Positions 10,241 to 20,002 of a stretch of 56,447 nucleotides of DNA are shown piece by piece (position 1 is the first letter of the stretch; the number at the start of each line of letters is the position of its first letter). A program made the translations under genes and the position numbers. This DNA comes from Vulcanimicrobiota bacterium (GTDB lineage Bacteria > Vulcanimicrobiota > Vulcanimicrobiia > Vulcanimicrobiales > Vulcanimicrobiaceae): assembly GCA_003135555.1 (NCBI GenBank), contig PLCF01000090.1, forward strand, positions 1 through 56,447. The letters are read 5' to 3'. The notes below the pieces were generated by a model. The model saw nothing but the letters and a program-made list of their open reading frames with translations, was not told where the DNA came from and did not search any database.

Positions 10241-10921
10241 GTGTTGCAGTCGGACGCGCCGCCGGCGATCGTGAGCCCGTGGACCGCCTCGCCGCGCCCC
10301 TGGGACCAGCGGTATTGGTTCGCGCAACACCGGGCGTTCGTCGCCCGGGCACGCCGCGGCGGGATCGACGTGATCTTCTTGGGCGACTCGATCGTGGAGC
10401 TGTTCCCGATCGCCGGGCGCGACGTGTGGGAACGCCGCATCGCCCCGCTCGGGACCGTCGTCGATTTCGGGATCGGCGGCGACCGAACCCAGTTCGTGCT
10501 GTGGCGCGTGCAGCATGGCGAGCTCGAGAACAGCGGTGCGCGCGTCGTCGTGCTGATGATCGGCACGAACAATCTCGACACGGCGCCGCCGCAGAGCATC
10601 GCGCGCGGCGTCGCCGCGGTCGTCGGCGCCATCCGTGCCAAGCTGCCCAACGCCGTCGTGGTGCTCAACGCGCTGCTGCCGCGCGGCCGATCCGACGATC
10701 CCGCGCGCGCGCAGCTGGCCGCCGTGAACGCCCGGATCGCCGCGCTCGCCGACGGCAAACACGTGCGTTGGCTCGACGCCGGCGCAGGCTTCGTCGATGC
10801 CTCGGGGACGATCGCACCCGCGCTGATGCCCGATCTGCTCCACCCGTCGGCGCGGGGCTACGAGCGCTACGCGACGGCGCTGCGACCGGTCCTGCTCGAG
10901 ACGCTCGCGAAGGGGCGCTGA
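10241..10921 (+). CDS. GDSL/SGNH hydrolase (PAF-acetylhydrolase-like)
   Basis: FLGDSI, GIGGDRT, MIGTNN, PDLLHPS. Confidence 0.85.
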   Translation: MLQSDAPPAIVSPWTASPRPWDQRYWFAQHRAFVARARRGGIDVIFLGDSIVELFPIAGRDVWERRIAPLGTVVDFGIGGDRTQFVLWRVQHGELENSGARVVVLMIGTNNLDTAPPQSIARGVAAVVGAIRAKLPNAVVVLNALLPRGRSDDPARAQLAAVNARIAALADGKHVRWLDAGAGFVDASGTIAPALMPDLLHPSARGYERYATALRPVLLETLAKGR

Positions 10922-11763
10922 TGCGGGTGACCATTTTGGGCGCCAGCGGCTTCATCGGGCGCCGGCTCGCCGCGGCGTTGCGCGCGCGCGGCGACGTCGT
11001 GATCGAGGCCAGCCTGCGCGACCCGGCGCGCGCCGCGGAGGCGAGCGCCGGAAGCGACGTCGTCGTGAACCTTGCCGGCGCACCCGTCTCCGTGCGCTGG
11101 ACCACCGCCGCGAAACGTGAGATGACGCGCTCGCGCGTCCACCAGCCGCGGGCGTACCTCGAAGCGCTGGCCCGCCTGGCGGACCGGCCCAAGGCGTACG
11201 TCAGCGGATCGGCGGTGGGCTACTACGGTACGAGCCCGACCGCGACGTTCACCGAAACCAGCCCGCCGGGCGCGGACTTTCTCGCGCGGCTGTGCGTCGC
11301 GTGGGAGTTCGAGGCGGATCGGGCCGGCGAGCTCGGCATGCGCGTCGCCAAGGTCCGGACCGGTCTCGTGCTCGGCACCGGCGGCGGCATCCTAGGCAAG
11401 CTGCTGCCGGTCTTTCGGCTGGGGCTGGGCGGCGTGGTCGCGAGCGGCCGGCAGTGGTTCTCCTGGATCCACGTCGAGGACGAGCTCGGGATCTTGCAGC
11501 ACGCGATCGACGGCGCCGACGGCGTTTTCAACGCGAGCGCGCCCAACCCGGTGACGAACCGGGACTTCACCCGCGCGCTGGGCCACGCCGTGCGACGTCC
11601 GACGATCTTCCCCGTCCCGGCGTTCGCCGGGACGCTGCTCTTCGGCGAGGGAGCGATGATGCTCAACGAGGGCCAGCGCGTGCTGCCCGAGCGGACCGTG
11701 GCGAGCGGCTACGTCTTCCGCCATCCCGACCTCGACGAAGCTTTGCGCTCCCTGGTGGGCTGA
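10921..11763 (+). CDS. TIGR01777/YfcH-family NAD-dependent epimerase
   Basis: GASGFIG, VVNLAG, SAVGYYG, SWIHVED, NASAPNPVTN. Confidence 0.88.
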   Translation: MRVTILGASGFIGRRLAAALRARGDVVIEASLRDPARAAEASAGSDVVVNLAGAPVSVRWTTAAKREMTRSRVHQPRAYLEALARLADRPKAYVSGSAVGYYGTSPTATFTETSPPGADFLARLCVAWEFEADRAGELGMRVAKVRTGLVLGTGGGILGKLLPVFRLGLGGVVASGRQWFSWIHVEDELGILQHAIDGADGVFNASAPNPVTNRDFTRALGHAVRRPTIFPVPAFAGTLLFGEGAMMLNEGQRVLPERTVASGYVFRHPDLDEALRSLVG

Positions 11764-11801
11764 CGCCGAGGGGCGAAGCCCGGCACCAAGAATCAGAGCC
11801 C

Positions 11802-13472
11802 ATGGCGACAATTCTTTCCCCCGGCCTCGCCGGGACGCTGCCGTCGACGATGTCCGACCAGCCGCTCGGGATCCGCGCGATCTTCGAGCACGCGATGAAG
11901 TCGCATCCGCGCAAGCAGATCATCTCGCGGGACGGCACGCAGATGCTGCGCTTCACGTTCGCCGAGTTCGGGAAGCGGGTCGCCAAGCTGGGCCACGCGC
12001 TGCGCAAGTTGGGGGTGAAGCCGGGCGACCGCGTCGCGTCGTTTGCCTGGAACGGGCACCGGCATCTGGAGCTGTACTATGCGGTGCCGATGCTCGGTGC
12101 GGTACTGCACACGGTCAACATCCGATTGTTCCCCGATCAGGTCGCGTTCGTCCTCGACCACGCCGAAGACAGCATGGTCTTCTACGACGGCTCGCTGGTC
12201 AAAGCGATCAAGGCCGCGGCCGCGCTGCAGCCCGATTCCGGCCGCACGTTCGTGCAGATGGGCGCGTCGCCCGAGGCGTTCGACGGTGCGCTCGACTACG
12301 AGACGCTGCTCGCCGGTGAACCCGAGACCTACGATTGGCCCGAGATCGACGAGCGCGCGGGCGCGATCCTGTGCTACACCTCGGCGACGACGGGCGATCC
12401 CAAGGGCGCACTGTTCTCGCACCGCTCGACGTTCCTCCACGCGCTGGCCGCGGGACTCGCGGACTCGCTTGGATTGACGGAAGCCGATCGCGTGCTGCCG
12501 ATCGTGCCGATGTTCCACGTCAATGCCTGGGGCACGCCGTTCCTGTGCCTGATGGTCGGCGCCGACTTCATCATGCCGATGGAGCGTCTCGACCCCGCCG
12601 GCGTGATCGAGCTGTGCGAGTCGGAGAAGGTCACCGTCTCGGCCGGCGTACCGACCGTGTGGCTCGCGGTGCGTGACGCGCTGCGCGCGCAGGGCAAGAC
12701 GCTGCCGCACCTCAAGCGCATCGTCATCGGCGGCTCGGCGATGCCGACGTCGCTGATGGACGATCTCAACGCGATGGGGATCGATGCGATCCACGCGTGG
12801 GGGATGACCGAGATGTCGCCGATCGGAACGGTCAGCCGCGACACGTCCTTGCTGGCGGGCGACCCGGAGAAGCAGCGCAAGGAGCGCTACAAGCAAGGCC
12901 GCTTCTGCCCGATCGTGCAGTGGCGCCTGGTCGACGACCACGGCCAGGACGTCCCCGCCGACGGCGTCTCGCGCGGCGAGCTGCTCGTACGCGGCTTCGC
13001 GGTGACCGCGAAGTACTACAAGAACGAAGCGGCGACCGCGACAGCGTTCGAACCCGACGGCTGGTTCCACACCGGCGATGTGTGCACGATCGACGAGTAC
13101 GGGTATCTCGAGATCGTCGACCGCGTCAAGGACTTCATCAAATCGGGCGGCGAGTGGATCTCGTCGGTCGAGGTGGAGAACATCCTCATGGGCCATCCGG
13201 GGCTCAAGGAAGCGTGCGTGTTCGGCGTCCCGCACGCGAAGTGGCAAGAGCGTCCCGTTGCCGCCGTCGTCGCTCGCGAGGGCCACGAGGTCGACGAGAA
13301 CGCGATCCGCACCTGGGTCGGCGACAAGCTCGCCAAGTGGCAAACTCCGGACCGCTTCCTCTTCGTCGATGCCATCCCACGGACGGGCGTCGGCAAGTTC
13401 CTCAAACGCGATTTGCGCGAAAAGTACAAGGGGCTGTTTGCCGACGCCGGCGACGGGTCCCGAAGCGGCTGA
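11802..13472 (+). CDS. medium/long-chain acyl-CoA ligase (AlkK/DmdB-like)
   Basis: CYTSATTGDPKG, PMFHVNAWG, WGMTE, IKSGGEWISS, GKFLK. Confidence 0.9.
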   Translation: MATILSPGLAGTLPSTMSDQPLGIRAIFEHAMKSHPRKQIISRDGTQMLRFTFAEFGKRVAKLGHALRKLGVKPGDRVASFAWNGHRHLELYYAVPMLGAVLHTVNIRLFPDQVAFVLDHAEDSMVFYDGSLVKAIKAAAALQPDSGRTFVQMGASPEAFDGALDYETLLAGEPETYDWPEIDERAGAILCYTSATTGDPKGALFSHRSTFLHALAAGLADSLGLTEADRVLPIVPMFHVNAWGTPFLCLMVGADFIMPMERLDPAGVIELCESEKVTVSAGVPTVWLAVRDALRAQGKTLPHLKRIVIGGSAMPTSLMDDLNAMGIDAIHAWGMTEMSPIGTVSRDTSLLAGDPEKQRKERYKQGRFCPIVQWRLVDDHGQDVPADGVSRGELLVRGFAVTAKYYKNEAATATAFEPDGWFHTGDVCTIDEYGYLEIVDRVKDFIKSGGEWISSVEVENILMGHPGLKEACVFGVPHAKWQERPVAAVVAREGHEVDENAIRTWVGDKLAKWQTPDRFLFVDAIPRTGVGKFLKRDLREKYKGLFADAGDGSRSG

Positions 13473-13633
13473 CGGTCGCAGCGTCGAACTGAACCCATTA
13501 CGATGTCACCCCTGACGCGGAGGCGCTCAGGTTGAGGGCATTGTCGGAGCACGCCCAGCACGAGAGCGTTAGAACGCACGTCTCGAATTAGTATCGCTAT
13601 TTCGCATGAATCGGTCAGCAAGGGTTGGCCGAA

Positions 13634-13710
13634 TTCCCGCGAATAAAAGGGAAGCCCCGCACGCGTGCTTTCGCAGAGGCTTACGGGACCGACCCCATTC
13701 TATGCCGGGT
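13634..13710 (+). ncRNA. candidate structured leader / abiF-like antitoxin RNA
   Basis: Stems ttccc/gggaa (13634-13653) and aagcc/ggctt (13652-13682) enclosing tgc-tttc-gca, directly 5' of an Abi-like HEPN gene; no covariance search run. Confidence 0.35.
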
Positions 13711-13718
13711 GTAGTAAT

Positions 13719-14393
13719 GTGTCAAGTTATTTTCGCCTAGATTCACGCTTAGAAACCGAAATCGAGAGGGTGATTGGCGCGGACCGTTTTGGCTTCTACC
13801 TCGCGACGGCAGGCAGCCAGGCTGAAGCGCTCCGACTCTATTCGTGGAACGCCGCCATCGCGAGTGCATTTCTCGGTCCGATTGCGATGATCGAGGTTGC
13901 GCTTCGTAACGCCATCTCACAACAGCTCCGCAAGACCTTCGGTCCAGCCTGGTACGACGACGCAGCGTTTTTGGCATTCGACGGCACGCCGCGAACTCAG
14001 AGTAGTGTTAGCACAGCAAAACAACGAATCGCGCGTGCTGTGCCTGCTCGGCGAATAACTGAAGGCAGGATTGTAGCGGAGATGTCCCTGAGCTTTTGGG
14101 GCTATCTATTGCGCCCTGCACTCAACCGGACGTTGTGGCCGTCGCTGCAACCGGCGTTTAGCCGCTACACGCACAGGAGGAGCCTGGTTCGCTACCTCGA
14201 GCCTCTGGTTCCGTTCCGAAATCGCATCGCTCATCACGAACCGATATTCAACCGGCGACCGGCCGAAATGTATGATGGAGTTCTCTTGCTCGCCGATATG
14301 ATCTCCGAAGACCTGCGCGGGTGGATCGAGCATCATGCGCGCATCAGAACTGTTCTCGCAGACGGACCCGTTACTACCGGAGTCAAATTCTAG
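13719..14393 (+). CDS. Abi-like (AbiD/AbiF-related) HEPN-domain protein
   Basis: LYSWN..EVALRNAI, SLSFW and RNRIAHHEPIF (RxxxxH HEPN site); more AT-rich than flanks; start GTG 13719 preferred, ORF opens at 13665. Confidence 0.8.
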   Translation: MSSYFRLDSRLETEIERVIGADRFGFYLATAGSQAEALRLYSWNAAIASAFLGPIAMIEVALRNAISQQLRKTFGPAWYDDAAFLAFDGTPRTQSSVSTAKQRIARAVPARRITEGRIVAEMSLSFWGYLLRPALNRTLWPSLQPAFSRYTHRRSLVRYLEPLVPFRNRIAHHEPIFNRRPAEMYDGVLLLADMISEDLRGWIEHHARIRTVLADGPVTTGVKF

Positions 14394-14427
14394 GCCGCGC
14401 TTCTAGGCTCTCGGGCTGGAAGGACCG

Positions 14428-15615
14428 TTAGTTCAGGTTGACCTCGAAGAGGCCGGCGGCGCCCATGCCGCCGCCGATGCACATGGTTACGATGACGTAT
14501 TTTTCGTTGCGGCGTTTGCCTTCGATTAGGGCGTGCATGACCATGCGGGCGCCGCTGACGCCGTAGGGGTGGCCGATCGAGATCGCGCCGCCGTCGACGT
14601 TGAGCTTTTCGTTGGGGATGCCGATGGTGTCACGGCAGTAGACCGTCTGGACCGCGAAGGCTTCGTTGAGCTCCCACAGCCCGATGTCGTCGACGGTCAG
14701 GCCGTGGCGCTTGAGCAGATCGGGTACCGCGAACACCGGGCCGATCCCCATCTCGCCCGGATCGCAGCCGCGCACCACCATCCCGCGGTAGAAGCCGAGT
14801 GGGTTCAGGCCCCGATTGCGCGCCTCGTCCGAATCCATGATGACGACCGCCGCCGCTCCGTCGCTGAGCTGCGATGAGTTGCCGGCCGTGATCGAGGAGT
14901 TCTTGTCGAGCACGCCGTTGAGCGACAAGAGCCCTTCGAGCGTCGTGTCCGGACGGTTTCCTTCGTCCTTCGTCAGCGTGACGTGCTCTTCGCGGTATGC
15001 CTTGGTCCCTTTGTCCTGTTCGTATTTCCAGGTCGGCAGCGGAACGATCTCCGCGTCGAACCTGCCGGCGGCTTGCGCCGCGGCGGTGCGCTGCTGCGAC
15101 TGGAGCGAGTACTCGTCCTGCAGTTGGCGCGAGACCTTGTACTTCTTGGCCACATTGTCGGCGGTCTGCAGCATCGGCATGTAGAGGTTGGGCTCGTGCC
15201 GGAGCGCCCACTCCTCGGTGAACTCGTGCATGTTCATGTCGTTCTGCACCAGCGAGATCGACTCGACACCGCCCGCGACCATCACCTTCGCGCCGTCCAC
15301 GATAACGCGGTGTGACGCCGTCGAGATCGCTTGGAGACCCGACGCGCAGTAGCGGTTGATCGTCGTCCCCGCGACGCGCTCGGGCAGCCCCGCGCGCAGC
15401 GCCGCGACGCGGCCGATGTTGTGTCCGGTCGCGCCTTCGGGCAGACCGGTACCGATCACGACGTCCTCGACCTCGGCCGGATCGACGCCCGCGCGCTGCA
15501 CGGCATGCGCGATCGTGTGGCCCGCCATGGTCGCACCGTGGGTCTGGTTGAACGCGCCGCGGAAGGCTTTGCCGATCGGCGTCCGCGCCGCCGAGACGAT
15601 CGCCGCCTCAGGCAT
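14428..15615 (-). CDS. acetyl-CoA C-acyltransferase (thiolase)
   Basis: [35 protein letters not shown]. Confidence 0.95.
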   Translation of the reverse strand: MPEAAIVSAARTPIGKAFRGAFNQTHGATMAGHTIAHAVQRAGVDPAEVEDVVIGTGLPEGATGHNIGRVAALRAGLPERVAGTTINRYCASGLQAISTASHRVIVDGAKVMVAGGVESISLVQNDMNMHEFTEEWALRHEPNLYMPMLQTADNVAKKYKVSRQLQDEYSLQSQQRTAAAQAAGRFDAEIVPLPTWKYEQDKGTKAYREEHVTLTKDEGNRPDTTLEGLLSLNGVLDKNSSITAGNSSQLSDGAAAVVIMDSDEARNRGLNPLGFYRGMVVRGCDPGEMGIGPVFAVPDLLKRHGLTVDDIGLWELNEAFAVQTVYCRDTIGIPNEKLNVDGGAISIGHPYGVSGARMVMHALIEGKRRNEKYVIVTMCIGGGMGAAGLFEVNLN

Positions 15616-17665
15616 GGGTCAACTCCTTGGTTTCCGTCTTGGTAGTTCCGCCGTGAGGCGTGTAGCCCACCTCGGCGGCGTAATGCATCGGTCCGCCGTG
15701 GTGCGGCGGGAAGCCGTAGCCGTAGATCCACACGATGTCGACGTCGCCGGGACGCAGCGCGATCCCGGTGCGCAGCAGCTCCGCTCCGCTGTCGGCGAGC
15801 GCGCGCGTACAGCGCGCGATGATCTCATCGTCGCTCACGTTTGGGTTCGGCGCGATCCCGGCTTCCTTGGCGAGCTGCGCGATGAGCTGCTCGACCTCGG
15901 GATCGGGGATCGCCTCGCGGCCCTTGCCGACGGCCTTGTCGTACTTGAAGAAGCCGGCGCCGCTCTTCTGCCCCAAACGCCCCTGCTCCACGAGCTTGGC
16001 GACGATCGGGATGCGCCCCAGCGGCTGGCCGTGCTGCGACTGCGAGATGAAGTGGTAGACGTCGAGCCCCGACAGATCGGCGACCGCGAACGGCCCCATC
16101 GCAAAGCCGAACTTCTGCTTCATCACGCGGTCGATGCGGGCCAGGCTCACGCCCTCTTCGGCCAGCTGCACCGCCTGCGCTTCGTATTCGAACAACATGC
16201 GGTTGCCGATGAAGCCGAAGGCGTTGCCGGAGACGACGGCGACCTTGCGCAGCTTCTTGCCCAGCGCGATCCCGGTGGTGAGCGTTTGCGGCGAGGTTTC
16301 CTTGCCGCGCACGATCTCGAGCAGCTTCATGATGTTCGCCGGCGCGAAGAAGTGCAGGCCCAGTACCTTGTCGGGGCGCTTCGTCGCCGAGGCGATCTCG
16401 TCGATGTCGAGCGTCGAAGTGTTCGAAGCCAGGATCGCTTCGGGCTTGGTGACCGCGTCGAGCTTGGCGAAGACTTCCTTCTTCACCGGCATCGACTCGA
16501 ACACGGCCTCGACGACGATGTCGACGTCGCCCAGCTCGGCGAAATCGGTCTCGAACGAGATCGAGTTGGCACGCTTCCAGGCGTCCTCTTGCGTGAGCCG
16601 GCCCTTGTCGACCTGATACTTGAACATCCCGAAGATCATCTCGCGGGACTTCTCGACCGCTTCGTCCTTGGTCTCGATCAGCGTGACCGGGATCCCGGCC
16701 TCGGCGAAGACGATCGCGATCCCGGTTCCCATCGTGCCGGCGCCGATGACGGCAGCCTTCTTGATCTCGACCGGCTCGGTCTTGGGCAGACCCGGCACCT
16801 TCGAAAGCTCGCGCTCGGCGAAGAATACGTGGCGCAGCGCCGCGGACGGTTTGGACTGCACGAGCTCCATGAACAGGCGCACCTCGCGGGCCCAACCGCG
16901 CTCGAACGGCAGCTCGATCGCCGCCTGAACCGCATCGATGAGCTTGTGCGCGGCGTAGCCGCCGTTCTCTTCGGGCGGCACCATCATGTGCGCTTGCGCG
17001 ACGACGAACGGCGTCGCGAACAATCCCAGATTGGCGACGCCCAGCTCGGCTTTGCGCTCGGAGAGGCGACGCTTGGGCTTGCCGGCGTACTTCTTCGCCG
17101 CCGCGACGACATCGGCGTCGATGACCTCGTCGAGCATGCCTTTGGCGAGGGCGTCCGGCGCCTTGATCAGGTCACCTTTGAGCATGACCTGCAGCGCTTC
17201 GTACGCGCCGACCAGGCGCGGAAGGCGTTGCGTGCCGCCGCCGCCCGGCAGCAGGCCGAGCTTGATCTCCGGCAGGCCGACGCGCGACTTCGCGGTCGCG
17301 ATGCGGTAGTCGCACGCCAGCGCGAGCTCGTAGCCCCCGCCCAACGCGTTTCCGTCGATCGCCGCCACGAGCGTCTTGTCGATACGCTCCATCGCTTCGA
17401 TCACGCTGCGCACGGTCTTGGTGTCGGCGGTCGGCGGCGTGTTGAAGTCGTTCACGTCGGCGCCGCCGCTGAACATCCCGTTCGCCCCGGTGAAGACGAT
17501 GGTGTTGACCGAGGCATCCTGGGCAGCCGCTTCGAGCAACGGCACGAGCTCGCCGCACAGGGCGTATCCCAGCGCGTTGACGGGCGGGTTGTCGAGCGTG
17601 AGGAGGCGGACCCCGTCGCCGAGGTCGGTCGACTTCACGCGCGCGGGCGTGGCTGTAGTGGTCAT
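15608..17665 (-). CDS. bifunctional enoyl-CoA hydratase / 3-hydroxyacyl-CoA dehydrogenase
   Basis: [38 protein letters not shown]. Confidence 0.93.
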   Translation of the reverse strand: MTTTATPARVKSTDLGDGVRLLTLDNPPVNALGYALCGELVPLLEAAAQDASVNTIVFTGANGMFSGGADVNDFNTPPTADTKTVRSVIEAMERIDKTLVAAIDGNALGGGYELALACDYRIATAKSRVGLPEIKLGLLPGGGGTQRLPRLVGAYEALQVMLKGDLIKAPDALAKGMLDEVIDADVVAAAKKYAGKPKRRLSERKAELGVANLGLFATPFVVAQAHMMVPPEENGGYAAHKLIDAVQAAIELPFERGWAREVRLFMELVQSKPSAALRHVFFAERELSKVPGLPKTEPVEIKKAAVIGAGTMGTGIAIVFAEAGIPVTLIETKDEAVEKSREMIFGMFKYQVDKGRLTQEDAWKRANSISFETDFAELGDVDIVVEAVFESMPVKKEVFAKLDAVTKPEAILASNTSTLDIDEIASATKRPDKVLGLHFFAPANIMKLLEIVRGKETSPQTLTTGIALGKKLRKVAVVSGNAFGFIGNRMLFEYEAQAVQLAEEGVSLARIDRVMKQKFGFAMGPFAVADLSGLDVYHFISQSQHGQPLGRIPIVAKLVEQGRLGQKSGAGFFKYDKAVGKGREAIPDPEVEQLIAQLAKEAGIAPNPNVSDDEIIARCTRALADSGAELLRTGIALRPGDVDIVWIYGYGFPPHHGGPMHYAAEVGYTPHGGTTKTETKELTHA

Positions 17666-17680
17666 GAGTCTCTCTTGCGG

Positions 17681-19501
17681 TTAAGCGGTCACGAGCGCAC
17701 GGCGCTCGACGTCGAACATCTCGTCGTTGCCGGCCATCACGTCGCCCGAACCTTCGACGATCTGCTTCTGCAGCCACGCGTACTGCGTGAGGACGTTGTT
17801 GGCATAGAACGACGCGGTCTGGATCTTCGCGGTGTAGAACGGGTCGGCGTCGCCCGCCGCGAGTTTCTCGGCGGCGATCTTCGCGCCGCGGAAGAGCTGC
17901 CAGCCGCCGGCGACGATCCCGATGAAGTTCAGGAACGGCACCGAGTTCGCGAAGGCCTTGTGCAGGTCGCCCATCGCGGTCATGCCGATGAACTGCGCGG
18001 TCTCGCTGAGTGCTTTGGTCGCTTCGGCGAGCGGCTGCGCGAGCGCCTTGACCTCGACGTTCTCGGACGCTTCGAGTTCCTTGGCGAACTTGCCGATCTG
18101 CTTGAGCACCTTGGTCGCGCTGGCGCCCATGTCACGGATCAACTTGCGACCCACGAGATCCAGCGCCTGGATTCCGGTCGTGCCTTCGTAGATCGTGGTG
18201 ATGCGGACGTCGCGGTACTGCTGCGCGATCCCGGTCTCTTCGATGAAGCCCATCCCGCCGAAGACCTGCAGCGCGGTCGACGCGACGACTTGGGAGTTCT
18301 CGGTCAGCCAGCCCTTGACGACCGGGATCATCAGCTCGACGAACGCCTTGTGCTCTTTGCGCACCGCCTCGTCTTCGGACTTGAGCGCGTAGTCCAGCGA
18401 CGCCGCCGTGACGTATGCGATGGCGCGCATCGCCTCGATGTTCGCCTTGCACCAGAGCAGCATGCGGCGAACGTCGGGGTGCTTGATGATGGCGACGGGC
18501 TTGGGATCGCGCGAAGCGGCGTCGCGGAACTGGATGCGTTCCTTGGCGTACTCGACGGCATGCTGGTAGGCACGGTCGGCGATCGCCAGGCCCTGCACGC
18601 CCACGCTGAAGCGCGCCGCGTTCATCATCGCGAACATGTACTCCAGGCCGCGGTTCGCCTCGCCGACGAGGTGCCCGATCGCGCCCTGTCCCTGCTCGCC
18701 GTAGTTGAGCGTGCAGGTCGGGTTCCCATTGATCCCCATCTTGTGCTCGATGCCGGCGCACTTCACGTCGTTGCGCTCGCCCAACGAGCCGTCGGCGTTG
18801 ACGAGAACCTTCGGAACGATGAACATCGAGATGCCCTTCGTCCCTTCGGGCGCGCCCGGCAGCCGGGCCAACACGAGGTGGATGATGTTCGGCGCCATGT
18901 CGTGCTCGCCGAAGGTGATGAAGATCTTCTGCCCGCGGATGCGGTAGTGGTCGCCGTCGGGCTCCGCCGCGGTACGCACCTGCGCGAGATCCGAGCCGGC
19001 CTGCGGTTCGGTGAGGCACATCGTGCCCGTCCACTCGCCGCTCACCAAGCGCGGGATGTACGTCTGCTTCTGCTCGTGGCTGCCGAACTGCTCGATCGCC
19101 TCGATGGCGCCTTGGTTGAGCAGCGGACCGTTGGCGAAACCGATGTTCGCCGCGTTCCACATCTCGAGCGTCGGACCGAGCAGCAGTTGCGGCAGACCTT
19201 GGCCGCCGTACTCCGCGGGCACGGGCAGACCGATCCAGCCCGCCTTCGAGAACTGCTTGTACGCTTCTTTGAAGCCCTTGGGCGTCGTGACGACGCCGTC
19301 GTTCCACGTGCAGCCTTCCTTGTCACCGCTTTGATTGAGCGGCGACAAGATCTCGCTCGCAAACGTCGACGCTTCATCGAGGATCGCGTCGAGGACGTCG
19401 GTGGTTTCCTCGTAGCCTGGAAGCTTCGCGATCTCCTCGACACCGGCGAGCTCGCGCAAGACGAACTGCATGTCGCGTAGGGGCGCGCGGTAGGTGCTCA
19501 T
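17681..19501 (-). CDS. acyl-CoA dehydrogenase (DmdC-like)
   Basis: TGTMCLTEPQAGSD, KIFIT, EHKMGI, FGGMGF, IYEGTTGIQA. Confidence 0.93.
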   Translation of the reverse strand: MSTYRAPLRDMQFVLRELAGVEEIAKLPGYEETTDVLDAILDEASTFASEILSPLNQSGDKEGCTWNDGVVTTPKGFKEAYKQFSKAGWIGLPVPAEYGGQGLPQLLLGPTLEMWNAANIGFANGPLLNQGAIEAIEQFGSHEQKQTYIPRLVSGEWTGTMCLTEPQAGSDLAQVRTAAEPDGDHYRIRGQKIFITFGEHDMAPNIIHLVLARLPGAPEGTKGISMFIVPKVLVNADGSLGERNDVKCAGIEHKMGINGNPTCTLNYGEQGQGAIGHLVGEANRGLEYMFAMMNAARFSVGVQGLAIADRAYQHAVEYAKERIQFRDAASRDPKPVAIIKHPDVRRMLLWCKANIEAMRAIAYVTAASLDYALKSEDEAVRKEHKAFVELMIPVVKGWLTENSQVVASTALQVFGGMGFIEETGIAQQYRDVRITTIYEGTTGIQALDLVGRKLIRDMGASATKVLKQIGKFAKELEASENVEVKALAQPLAEATKALSETAQFIGMTAMGDLHKAFANSVPFLNFIGIVAGGWQLFRGAKIAAEKLAAGDADPFYTAKIQTASFYANNVLTQYAWLQKQIVEGSGDVMAGNDEMFDVERRALVTA

Positions 19502-19938
19502 GAGGTCTCTCCGTACAAGTCGCGACGCAGGCGTTGCAGCGCTACGATGAGGTTGGTGAGGTAGGGCTTGAAGTTGGCCTTGATCGACTCGAGGCGCTCT
19601 TCGCCGGCCTCGGTGATGCGGTACAGCGTGGTGCCGCGCTTCGTCGACGCCTCGAGCTCGCCGCGGATGAACCCGCGTTCCTCGAGCCGGCGCAGCAGCG
19701 GGTAGATCGTGTTCGGGTTAACCGGGAAGATGCCGCCCAAGGTGCCGATGCGCTGCATCAGACCGTAGCCGCTGTCGGGGTGGGCGTGGAGCATCTGCAG
19801 GACCACAGCGGGAAACACGGTCTTGGTCTTGACCTCGCCGGTGAAGACGCGGTCGCCCCACAGCTCGGTGGGGAACTCGGCTGCCGCGGACGGCACCCCC
19901 GGGACCGCCGGCGCGTCCGCCCTTGACCGCATCGCCAT
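19498..19938 (-). CDS. PadR-family transcriptional regulator
   Basis: GYGL..IYPLLRRLEERGFI..YRITEAG winged helix; first gene of the beta-oxidation operon. Confidence 0.85.
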   Translation of the reverse strand: MAMRSRADAPAVPGVPSAAAEFPTELWGDRVFTGEVKTKTVFPAVVLQMLHAHPDSGYGLMQRIGTLGGIFPVNPNTIYPLLRRLEERGFIRGELEASTKRGTTLYRITEAGEERLESIKANFKPYLTNLIVALQRLRRDLYGETS

Positions 19939-19973
19939 ATGTTATTCATAATAGGTTAGAGCTAACCCGTCAA
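19923..19973. promoter_or_regulatory. divergent overlapping promoters with palindromic operator
   Basis: + strand TTGACC(19923)-N18-CATAAT(19947); - strand TTGACG at 19973-19968; inverted repeat GGTTAG-AG-CTAACC at 19954-19967. Confidence 0.55.
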
Positions 19974-20002
19974 GGGGCTTTACAGCCCGTTGGGATGCCC
20001 GC

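Noticed and set aside
8530..10758. 742-aa minus-strand ORF and many similar Arg/Ala-rich overlapping ORFs
   Set aside because: Shadows of pepP/GDSL and other well-supported genes
13483..14442. 10/12 inverted match gtcgaactgaac around the Abi gene
   Set aside because: Too short, and one arm is thiolase coding sequence
15356..19480. 1374-aa ORF on + strand
   Set aside because: Antisense shadow of the thiolase, hydratase/dehydrogenase and acyl-CoA dehydrogenase genes; typical of high-GC codon bias, no motifs
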